Shown here piece by piece: positions 27,228 through 34,536 of a stretch of 36,749 nucleotides of DNA. The notes under the pieces are model-generated. The model made no database searches. It saw only the letters and a list, made by a program, of their open reading frames with translations, and was not told where the DNA came from. The stretch's first letter is position 1, and every line of letters starts with the position of its first letter. Both the position numbers and the translations under genes were made by a program. Source of the DNA: a virus; IMG/VR virus record IMGVR_UViG_3300009678_001574, one strand, 5' to 3'.

Positions 27228-27349
27228 CACTGAAAGACAATCACTAGGGTGAACTCCTAGAGGAAAGTCGGGACTCCATAGAGCAGTTTAGTGGGTAACT
27301 CCCATCCCGTGCAAACGGCGGATTAGAGGAACAGAGACGAGCCTTTCTA

Positions 27350-27550
27350 ATGAACATTGGTGATAGAGTAAAAATTGTTGGCGATTTAGCAGCAATAGAT
27401 CATCGAAGTAATCGCTACGGTATTATTACAAAGATAGATGGAGCATATCATTATGTCCGTCCTATGTGGTGTAAGTGGACCGCAGAGTTTTATGAGTGGG
27501 AATTAGAAGGGGTGAAACGGCCAATCTCTAAACGGAGCAACATCAAATAG
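27350..27550 (+). CDS. 66-aa SH3/KOW-like protein encoded inside RNase P RNA (P12 insertion)
   Basis: MNIGDRVKIVG...GIITKIDG...YEWELE pattern. ATG sits at the tip of the P12 5' arm. Confidence 0.7.
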   Translation: MNIGDRVKIVGDLAAIDHRSNRYGIITKIDGAYHYVRPMWCKWTAEFYEWELEGVKRPISKRSNIK

Positions 27551-27556
27551 GTCAAT

Positions 27557-27724
27557 ATGAAAAAGAAGATTGATTTGAAACTCAAAATAGAGCAACAACC
27601 TGATGGTAGTTGTATCGTTCATTTCGACAAGGAAGCGTTGTTAAAAGCATCGTTATCCGATCTATTATATGATGTTCAACAGGCTTTGATTTCAGACTCC
27701 TGCTCGGAGAATATTGACGGGTAG
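27557..27724 (+). CDS. 55-aa protein encoded inside RNase P RNA (P16/P17 insertion)
   Basis: MKKKIDLKLKIEQQPDGSCIVHFDKEALLKASLSDLLYDVQQALISDSCSENIDG*. TAGGT SD-like motif upstream. Confidence 0.6.
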   Translation: MKKKIDLKLKIEQQPDGSCIVHFDKEALLKASLSDLLYDVQQALISDSCSENIDG

Positions 27725-27807
27725 ATGGCTTGAGTGTTAAGGTAACTTAACACCTAGAGGAATGATTGTCATAACAGAATCCCGCTTATTGATGTGCTAT
27801 TCAATAC

Positions 27808-27884
27808 GGGCCTATAGCTCAATTGGTTAGAGCGGGCCGCTCATAACGGCTAGGTTCTAGGTTCGAGTCCTAGTAGGCCCACCA
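27808..27884 (+). tRNA. tRNA-Ile2(CAT), lysidine-type
   Basis: GGGCCTA/TAGGCCC acceptor stem with C4:G69 and C5:G68 TilS determinants, loop CTCATAA, no initiator features, next to tilS. Confidence 0.9.
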
Positions 27885-27895
27885 TTCGAGGTAAT

Positions 27896-28144
27896 ATGAA
27901 TAGATTATATTTAGTTTTAATGTTGTTAGCTGGCTGTAGTGGTGATGGAAAGAAGACTAATTGCCGACACCACTGTCCAGAAAACAAAGACAAGCTAGCG
28001 GAATTTCAGATTGAATGTATTAAGGCTGGTAGGTCTGGTACTCATACGTTAGCTGGTGATGATCAGGACGTAGAAGATGTAGTTGATTCATGCAGAGTAT
28101 CAGCCATACATACTTTTTGTGAATGGAAATGTATTAGGGAATAA
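27896..28144 (+). CDS. small Cys-rich lipoprotein
   Basis: GAGGT RBS; LAGC lipobox. Confidence 0.8.
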   Translation: MNRLYLVLMLLAGCSGDGKKTNCRHHCPENKDKLAEFQIECIKAGRSGTHTLAGDDQDVEDVVDSCRVSAIHTFCEWKCIRE

Positions 28145-28360
28145 ATGTTATCTCCAGAGGATAAAGCTTTAATACAAAGCCTAGTTAAATATTTGTTTCC
28201 AGATATTTCTAGAGGGCCGGCACATAGAGAGTGGACAAATGGTATGCAAAAACTTGCCATTCTGTTGGACTGGAAGCATTGTGAAATTTGTAAAGGTACA
28301 GGTATGGAATGGATAGATACCTGCTTTAATTGTCGAGGAGTAGGTAAAGTAGAGCCATGA
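28145..28360 (+). CDS. small protein with a DnaJ-type zinc finger
   Basis: CEICKGTG...CFNCRGVG. Confidence 0.75.
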   Translation: MLSPEDKALIQSLVKYLFPDISRGPAHREWTNGMQKLAILLDWKHCEICKGTGMEWIDTCFNCRGVGKVEP

Positions 28361-29451
28361 TATTTTTAACTCTTTTAGCCATACCACTATTAATCGGTAT
28401 TCTCACTTTCATCCTTGGAAGACATAGAGTTACTATTCAAGAGTTTGCCATACAAATTGGCGTTCAACTATTGATTACTGGCTTCTCCGTTGGAATTATT
28501 TATTACAAGAATACTTCAGATGTAGAAATTTATAATGGTAGAGTAACAGCAAAGCAAAGTCAAAGAGTCAGTTGTAGCCATTCTTATTCGTGCCATTGCA
28601 GAACTGTTACTACGGGCACTGGAAAGAATCGAAGAACCACCACTCGTTGTAAGACTTGCTATTATCATCCTTTTGATATGTCTTGGGTATATAGCACTAG
28701 TGACAATGGTTCTAATTCTGTAAGCCGTGTTGATTCACAAGGACTTAAAGAGCCGCCTAGATGGACTGCTATCCAGGTTGGTGAGCCTAGTAGTTCTATG
28801 CATGGGTACGAAAATTATATTAAGGCCTCTCCTGATAGCTTATTCCGCAAACAGGGTTTGATGGAGCGATATGCCAATCAATTGCCTAATTATCCAAAGG
28901 TATATGATTATTATAGAATTGATCGAGTTCTGACAGTTGATGTTGCTATTCCTAATTTGAAGGAATGGAATCAAAAGCTTTCAGAACTTAATGCTAAGCT
29001 AAATCCACACAAACAGGTAAATGCTACTATAGTATTTGTTAAGGCCAAAGACCACGAATACTTTGATGCTTTAGAACAAAGATATCTTGGTGGAAAAAAG
29101 AACGACGTAATTTTAGTTGTCTCAATTGACCGCTACAATAATATCATGTGGGCTGATGTTATGTCTTGGACTGATAATAAAGCCTTGCATGTTTCTTTAA
29201 GAGACGCCGTGCTTGATATTAAGGCTATGGACTTTACTCAACCCGACATATTATTAGGGGCAGTACAAAGTAAAATTAGCGAGCACTATGCTAAAAAGAG
29301 TATGGAAGATTTTAAGTATTTACAATCCTCCATTACTCCTAGTTTGACCGAGTGGATTGTATCCATGTTATTGGGTATCTTCGCCGCTGTAGGAATGAGT
29401 TTCTATTTCTACACAAATGATATACACGAAAATAAACAAAGGAGTTTCTAA
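28357..29451 (+). CDS. membrane protein (2 TM, extracytoplasmic Cys/His region, TPM-like domain, C-terminal TM)
   Basis: CSHSYSCHC...CYYH, GGKKNDVILV, SWT. Confidence 0.8.
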   Translation: MIFLTLLAIPLLIGILTFILGRHRVTIQEFAIQIGVQLLITGFSVGIIYYKNTSDVEIYNGRVTAKQSQRVSCSHSYSCHCRTVTTGTGKNRRTTTRCKTCYYHPFDMSWVYSTSDNGSNSVSRVDSQGLKEPPRWTAIQVGEPSSSMHGYENYIKASPDSLFRKQGLMERYANQLPNYPKVYDYYRIDRVLTVDVAIPNLKEWNQKLSELNAKLNPHKQVNATIVFVKAKDHEYFDALEQRYLGGKKNDVILVVSIDRYNNIMWADVMSWTDNKALHVSLRDAVLDIKAMDFTQPDILLGAVQSKISEHYAKKSMEDFKYLQSSITPSLTEWIVSMLLGIFAAVGMSFYFYTNDIHENKQRSF

Positions 29452-30008
29452 TGCCCACTTGGGTTAAGGTTCTAATTGGAGTTGGTTTGGTTGTTGTTAT
29501 TGGCGGTGTTAGTTGCGCTGGTACTTTGATTGGCACAAACAACCAGCTAGTATCTTTGGAACAGGGCATCAAAGCTCAATACGATCAGAATCGCAACAAC
29601 TACGATAATATGTGGAAAAAGATTAAAGAAGTTGCACAAGTTCCTGAAATGTATACAAACGATTTGAAGAAGGTATTCGATTCCGCTATTCAAAATCGTT
29701 ATGGTGCTGATGGAAGTCAGGCCGTATTTCAGTTCATTAAGGAACAAAATCCTAACTTCGATCCAAGTTTATATCGTCAAATTCAACAGACAATTGAGGC
29801 CGGCCGCAATAGTTTTGAGGCCAATCAAAAAATGTTGTTGGATAAGAAGCGGGTTTATGAAACCGAGCTTGGTCAATTTCCAACCAATTTCATTGCCGGC
29901 TTCTTAGGCTTTCCTAAGATTGATTTGAATAAATATAATATCGTTACTTCCGATGCTACCGAACAAGCATTCGATAGTAAGAAGGCTGACGAACTAAAAC
30001 TAAGATAA
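29451..30008 (+). CDS. LemA-like protein
   Basis: N-terminal TM, NxLVSLEQ, IEAGRNSF, FPTNFIAGFLGF. Confidence 0.8.
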   Translation: MPTWVKVLIGVGLVVVIGGVSCAGTLIGTNNQLVSLEQGIKAQYDQNRNNYDNMWKKIKEVAQVPEMYTNDLKKVFDSAIQNRYGADGSQAVFQFIKEQNPNFDPSLYRQIQQTIEAGRNSFEANQKMLLDKKRVYETELGQFPTNFIAGFLGFPKIDLNKYNIVTSDATEQAFDSKKADELKLR

Positions 30009-30009
30009 A

Positions 30010-30276
30010 ATGTTTAGAATAAATGGCTATCCTTTTGCTGACAGAGAAGCAAATTGCTCCTGTGATATACAAAAGGTTGAAGAAACCTGTAATGCTGCCG
30101 TGAGTAGAAAGGCACCTTATATGGTAGATAAGAACGGAAATAATTTGTTTTATGTAGATTCGTTCGGCCTACGAGGTCCAGTTCCTGGTGAGTGTAAGTT
30201 TTGTTATGATGCATTTATTCAGGGATTCAAGAACAGTCAAACAAACAACAACCAAATGAGTAGTGAGGATTATTAG
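30010..30276 (+). CDS. hypothetical protein
   Basis: 88 aa; CSC and CKFC motifs. Confidence 0.65.
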   Translation: MFRINGYPFADREANCSCDIQKVEETCNAAVSRKAPYMVDKNGNNLFYVDSFGLRGPVPGECKFCYDAFIQGFKNSQTNNNQMSSEDY

Positions 30277-30277
30277 T

Positions 30278-30620
30278 ATGGACCTTCGGAGGTTTGTAGG
30301 GCGTCGCTAAGCGCACAGCCCTTAAGTCAAGTTACAAGTATCAGCTTGGTGCGGTGGCTGTAAAGTCTGGCCGCATTAAGGCTACTGGTTTTAATAAGCT
30401 AAAGACGCATCCTCGTGTTAATGGTTTTATACACGCAGAAAGTGATGCTGTCATTAAGGCTGCCGGTTGCGATACTATTTTAGTAGTTCGTGTTTCTAAG
30501 CACGGGCATCTTAGGTGTTCCAAGCCATGTGATAATTGTATGGACTTTCTCAGAAGCAATGGTGTGAAGCGTGTGTTTTATATCGACTGGGAAGGCGGCG
30601 TGAAGGAAATGCGACTGTGA
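30278..30620 (+). pseudogene. zinc-dependent cytidine/dCMP deaminase-like gene with a +1 frameshift near codon 8
   Basis: HAESDA and KPCDNC motifs. The N-terminal AKRTALKS...LGAV region has no in-frame start; ATG 30278 joins it if one G of GGG (30299-30301) is removed. Confidence 0.7.
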
Positions 30621-31063
30621 ATAGACCACTAAAGCAGTACGAACGATTCTTTATTTATGGCGGATTTGGTTGGTGTGTTGAGATAGTATTCACCAGCATA
30701 GCCGCTCAAATAGAGGGAAGCGGAGACATAACATTACAAGGTCATTCATACATTTGGATGCCATTAGTATGGGGTCTTGGCTTTCTTTTAATGGATAAGG
30801 TTTCTAAATATCTACAGAAGAAGCAAGTTATGTTTGTATTTAGAGGCCTTGTATATATGGTGGCATGCCTATTCTGGGAATATATTTTCGGTGTTGTGTT
30901 TGGCTTTATACTAAATAAGATACCTTGGGACTACTCTTATTCACCATGGAGTTTAGGTGGCGCTACCAGAATAGATTATGCTCCTTTCTGGTATGTAGGT
31001 GGTTTGGTTATGGAAATATTTTTGAAGGCTCTAGACCGAATTAGAATAGAAAGCACACGTTAA
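30617..31063 (+). CDS. DUF1113/TMEM229-like membrane protein
   Basis: YGGFGWCVEIVF, GHSYIWM, WEY, PWDYS and RIDYAPFW motifs. GTGA overlap. Confidence 0.8.
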   Translation: MNRPLKQYERFFIYGGFGWCVEIVFTSIAAQIEGSGDITLQGHSYIWMPLVWGLGFLLMDKVSKYLQKKQVMFVFRGLVYMVACLFWEYIFGVVFGFILNKIPWDYSYSPWSLGGATRIDYAPFWYVGGLVMEIFLKALDRIRIESTR

Positions 31064-31072
31064 GGAAACACA

Positions 31073-31606
31073 GTGAAAAAGATTTGTAGCGATGGGACGG
31101 TTAAAGTACATTATACCACAGATGAATTGGTACAGTCTGTAGTTGATGACTTGATTAAAAAGTACCCAGATGAAACTTATTCAGTTCAAGATGACACCGA
31201 GCCCAGCAAAATTTGTACTTGGGATCCAGGTGGCATGATGATGACTGGTGATGAAAACCTAGACATAGATTTGGGTGATATTACTATTAGATGTAAGGCT
31301 CAATTTTTTGAGTATTTTTGTGAGGCCCTGGAACAATACAAATCTGAAGGACCACGAGGCGCTAATCCACAATATTATAAACTTCATGGTAGATATTATT
31401 GTATTTGTATCTCTGTATCAGCCTTTGATAAGCTATGTGAGTTAGTTAAAGACGATAAATTAATCAGTCAAGCCATTCTATCGGGACAAAAAAGACAAGA
31501 CAAAATTAATGCCCTTTCCGAACAGGGCGCAGTGGTCCAAGTCGTGAAAGGTGAAGATGGAAAACTCTACAGAGCAAAGAGAAAAGAAGACAAGAGTCTC
31601 AATTAA
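31073..31606 (+). CDS. hypothetical protein
   Basis: AAGGA RBS, GTG start. Confidence 0.75.
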   Translation: MKKICSDGTVKVHYTTDELVQSVVDDLIKKYPDETYSVQDDTEPSKICTWDPGGMMMTGDENLDIDLGDITIRCKAQFFEYFCEALEQYKSEGPRGANPQYYKLHGRYYCICISVSAFDKLCELVKDDKLISQAILSGQKRQDKINALSEQGAVVQVVKGEDGKLYRAKRKEDKSLN

Positions 31607-31754
31607 AAACATAGACGCCTTATTCGTGGCGATTGAAAAGGCTTTCGAAAAGAGCGATGTTATTAGCTTGGTTAAAGGCAGTAAAGACGAAGTGTTTGTC
31701 GTACCTGAATTACCTCCTTATGATGAATATGAGGACGGGGACGATGGAATATAA
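31551..31754 (+). CDS. small hypothetical protein
   Basis: Fills the gap and overlaps both neighbours; start uncertain. Confidence 0.55.
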   Translation: MKMENSTEQREKKTRVSIKNIDALFVAIEKAFEKSDVISLVKGSKDEVFVVPELPPYDEYEDGDDGI

Positions 31755-32004
31755 GTGGTATTGGCATAAAGAAAAGCCAACTCAAGTTCATGTTAGGCGA
31801 GGAGTCGTTGGAGACTATTGGCTAATTCCAGAATTTGGTTTAACAGTTTGTGGCAATGAGCTGTTCGATACCGAAAATGCTTTGCTTGCTCATAAGATAG
31901 ATGAAGCAAACAATCCACCAACAATTAAAAATTTAGAAGAGGAAGAAATCGGTAGAGCAACTTGGGTTCCTTACCTCCGAGTTATCGATGGAAAGAAAGA
32001 TTGA
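31744..32004 (+). CDS. hypothetical protein
   Basis: GGGG upstream of ATG 31744. Confidence 0.65.
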   Translation: MEYKWYWHKEKPTQVHVRRGVVGDYWLIPEFGLTVCGNELFDTENALLAHKIDEANNPPTIKNLEEEEIGRATWVPYLRVIDGKKD

Positions 32005-32007
32005 AAC

Positions 32008-32604
32008 ATGGGTGATCATGTACTCGGAACCCTAGATATGAATCAATTTCTAGAGATGTTTAATGGTGGTCCTAAAAAGATAAAATTGTACGGACATAAG
32101 ATATATTTTTTTACAAATTATATATATAATCTGGTAGAAAATAATTTTAAATGTATCAGATGCAAGGCCAAAGGAGATCATTTTAGGATAATTAAAACTA
32201 ATCCTAAAGCTTTAGAGGCTAGTATATATCTTCATGGTAAGCACAGCGGCAGAAAAATTACGATAACCAATGACCATATTAAACCAAGGTCTATAGGCGG
32301 CCCGAACTGCATACATAATTATCAACCACTTTGCAGTGATTGTAATAATTATAAAGGTGATAAGTGGGATATATTCGACAGAGTTAAATATATAATTAAT
32401 TGTATTATTTATAGATTAGGCTTTGATAATTCCCCTGATAGATGTAATTGTACAAATCTTTTATCAGAAGCTCTAAAAGAAACGGTTCGTATATTTAGGT
32501 CTTATTTTTTGTTGGACTTGTTTGACGCTCGATACGATAAATTTACACATAGTAAAAAGGGACGCCACAATGAACAACAAAAGAATAGTGGCAAAGTGGC
32601 TTAA
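32008..32604 (+). CDS. HNH endonuclease
   Basis: CIRC...DHIKPRSIGG...NYQPLCSDCNNYKG. Confidence 0.9.
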   Translation: MGDHVLGTLDMNQFLEMFNGGPKKIKLYGHKIYFFTNYIYNLVENNFKCIRCKAKGDHFRIIKTNPKALEASIYLHGKHSGRKITITNDHIKPRSIGGPNCIHNYQPLCSDCNNYKGDKWDIFDRVKYIINCIIYRLGFDNSPDRCNCTNLLSEALKETVRIFRSYFLLDLFDARYDKFTHSKKGRHNEQQKNSGKVA

Positions 32605-33028
32605 CACTACTATTTGGGATAGAGGCGGATTTTATCGTCATATTTTTATGACAGAAGATTTTCAATGGTTAGCTGTCGATCCTGATGTTTATAATTTTGT
32701 ACTCACTACATATTCATTTACAAAAGAATATCTATTAAGTACTGGCGATACTAAAAATTGGGAAAAGATATTTGATAAAATAGAAGCTGGTGCTCCTCCT
32801 GATTGGGTTGCTGATGACTTTAAATGCTCCTGTGGTGTTTGGGCCACTATGGGTAAGAGTTGGATATTACACAGTTCAACTTGTAATTTTAAGGTAGGAC
32901 CACCTGCTGCTGTTAAAAATAATGATGGTCGCGGAAACTGTTTTAAGTGTGGGCATACAACCAAACAAATGGGTGGCGGTGCCTATGATGTATGTGAAAA
33001 CAAAGAATGTTCCTGGTATAATAATTAA
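32570..33028 (+). CDS. protein with C-terminal zinc-binding motifs
   Basis: CSCG...HSSTC and CFKCG...C...C. Confidence 0.75.
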   Translation: MNNKRIVAKWLNTTIWDRGGFYRHIFMTEDFQWLAVDPDVYNFVLTTYSFTKEYLLSTGDTKNWEKIFDKIEAGAPPDWVADDFKCSCGVWATMGKSWILHSSTCNFKVGPPAAVKNNDGRGNCFKCGHTTKQMGGGAYDVCENKECSWYNN

Positions 33029-33264
33029 TGATAGTTTTAATATATAGCTTTATTGTAATGATATTAGTTTCAACTTATGGAACTGTTGGACAAAAGACCT
33101 TCTTTTATATAGGTCTATCTATATTAAGTATTCCATCTATTTTGTATTGTATTAAATCGGAAGAATACTTTGACGCTACACTTCTTTGTTTATTTGTATT
33201 CACTCTTTTAAGTTCGCTATACTCTATACGGAAAAATAAAAATGGACAAACAAGTAGTACATGA
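33028..33264 (+). CDS. small membrane protein
   Basis: Three hydrophobic segments; TAATG overlap. Confidence 0.6.
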   Translation: MIVLIYSFIVMILVSTYGTVGQKTFFYIGLSILSIPSILYCIKSEEYFDATLLCLFVFTLLSSLYSIRKNKNGQTSST

Positions 33265-33769
33265 TGGTAAATATATAAGAGTTGTACGAATAGGAACTTG
33301 GGAATTCGTAGAACGAGTAAATGCTACTGGAGCAGTAATTATAATTCCTGCTTTTGTTAAAAACGGTAAGCCATATATTGTTTTAATAAAAGAATATAGA
33401 GTTCCTTTACAAGCATATAATATTAGCTTGCCTGCTGGACTTGTTGGTGATGTGCATTCAGAAGACCACAAGGATGCCGCACAAAGAGAGTTGCTTGAAG
33501 AAACCGGATATAGTGCTGGTAGATTACGCTATCTTACAGAAGGACATGCATCATCCGGTTTGTCTAATGAACTGCTAGTATTTTATTTAGCCGACCAACT
33601 TACAAAGGTTTCTGATGGCGGCGGTGATGGAACAGAGGATATTACAGTACAGTTAGTTCCCATAGATTCGATTGACACTTGGTTAGAAGAACGTAGAAAA
33701 GAACATTGTTGTATAGATCCAAAGATATATATAGCACTTTATTTTATCAATAAATTTGGTGTAGAATGA
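33242..33769 (+). CDS. NUDIX hydrolase, ADP-ribose pyrophosphatase-like
   Basis: EYRVP, LPAGL...AAQRELLEETGY and SSGLSNE motifs. Confidence 0.92.
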   Translation: MDKQVVHDGKYIRVVRIGTWEFVERVNATGAVIIIPAFVKNGKPYIVLIKEYRVPLQAYNISLPAGLVGDVHSEDHKDAAQRELLEETGYSAGRLRYLTEGHASSGLSNELLVFYLADQLTKVSDGGGDGTEDITVQLVPIDSIDTWLEERRKEHCCIDPKIYIALYFINKFGVE

Positions 33770-34182
33770 GTGAAGATAAACTAGACGACGCTATCGTAGC
33801 GGACAAAGAAGCATTAGAAGGGCTCATTGAAAAGGGGCTTATTGTAATGATTGGTTATGATCCGTTGGGCCGTCCTGTTTATACCAACACTGCACTGGGC
33901 AATGCGGTTGCCGATGAGATAGAAAGGCAGGAGAAAACAATGAACCTGGGACCTGAAGAGGAAGAAGAAGAGTTAATTCCATACGACGAAACTGAAGACG
34001 ATGAGGATTGGGATATTGGTGACGGAGACTTTGATTCTTATGATGACGAAGAAGACGAGGATGACGACGACTTCGATGATGATGAAGAAGATGAGGACAA
34101 CGACCTTGACGATGAGGATGAAGAGTTAGAAGATGACGAAGATTGGGATGATGATGCTGACGATAGTGAAGAAAGTTTTTAA
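33766..34182 (+). CDS. protein with a very long Asp/Glu tail
   Basis: About 75 C-terminal residues are mostly D/E. Confidence 0.8.
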   Translation: MSEDKLDDAIVADKEALEGLIEKGLIVMIGYDPLGRPVYTNTALGNAVADEIERQEKTMNLGPEEEEEELIPYDETEDDEDWDIGDGDFDSYDDEEDEDDDDFDDDEEDEDNDLDDEDEELEDDEDWDDDADDSEESF

Positions 34183-34471
34183 TTGGTATATCGGCTTACC
34201 CAATCCTAAATTTGAAACAGTCTGGTTTATTATAATGCCGTTTGTCTTAGTTATCGGAATGTTGTTAGGAAAATTTACACATAAGTGTCCAGAGGCTCCT
34301 CTTGTTTGTCATGCGCCGACTTCACAAATAGAATATAATGAAGGCGACTGGCAAAATGGCTACAATATTTTAGCTGACAGACTTGAACAATGTGGTATTG
34401 ATATGGTAAGAACAGCGGAAGATTGTGCATCACATTTAATATGTTTAGATATATCTTCTATATCTTATTAA
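34133..34471 (+). CDS. single-TM hypothetical protein
   Basis: One hydrophobic helix; start uncertain. Confidence 0.6.
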   Translation: MTKIGMMMLTIVKKVFNWYIGLPNPKFETVWFIIMPFVLVIGMLLGKFTHKCPEAPLVCHAPTSQIEYNEGDWQNGYNILADRLEQCGIDMVRTAEDCASHLICLDISSISY

Positions 34472-34536
34472 TGGTTTTCCTCGACGTCGCTTAAGCGATC
34501 TTTATATCCCGACAACGGCAAGTTGTCAAGGTAAAA

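Larger units (their letters stand above)
27224..27800 (+). ncRNA. rnpB: RNase P RNA (bacterial type-A-like, lacking P13/P14/P19) with two large coding insertions
   Basis: P1 ATAGCAC/GTGCTAT; P2 GACAATCA/TGATTGTC; P3 CTAGG/CCTAG; GAGGAAAGTC; P4 AAG(T)CGGGA/TCCCGCTT; P5 CTCC/GGAG; P6 GAGCA/TGCTC; P7 GTTTAG/CTAAAC; P8; P9; ACAGAGA and GGTGAAA; P15 CATC/GATG with L15 GGT; P18 GTGTTAAG-GTAA-CTTAACAC; ACAGAA. Confidence 0.95.

Noticed and set aside
27350-27724. Group I/II intron or IS explanation for the rnpB insertions
   Set aside because: The insertions are too short, with no intron core, transposase, terminal repeats or target duplication visible.
27350-27724. Nested ORFs as the RNase P protein RnpA
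   Set aside because: They are about half the size of RnpA and lack the RNR motif.
27808-27884. Initiator tRNA-fMet call
   Set aside because: It has a G1:C72 pair and lacks the three consecutive G:C anticodon-stem pairs; TilS determinants are present.
34472-34536. Palindrome TCGCTTAAGCGA and hairpin GACAAC/GTTGTC before the radical SAM gene
   Set aside because: Short, with no second copy or recognisable riboswitch consensus; too weak to call.
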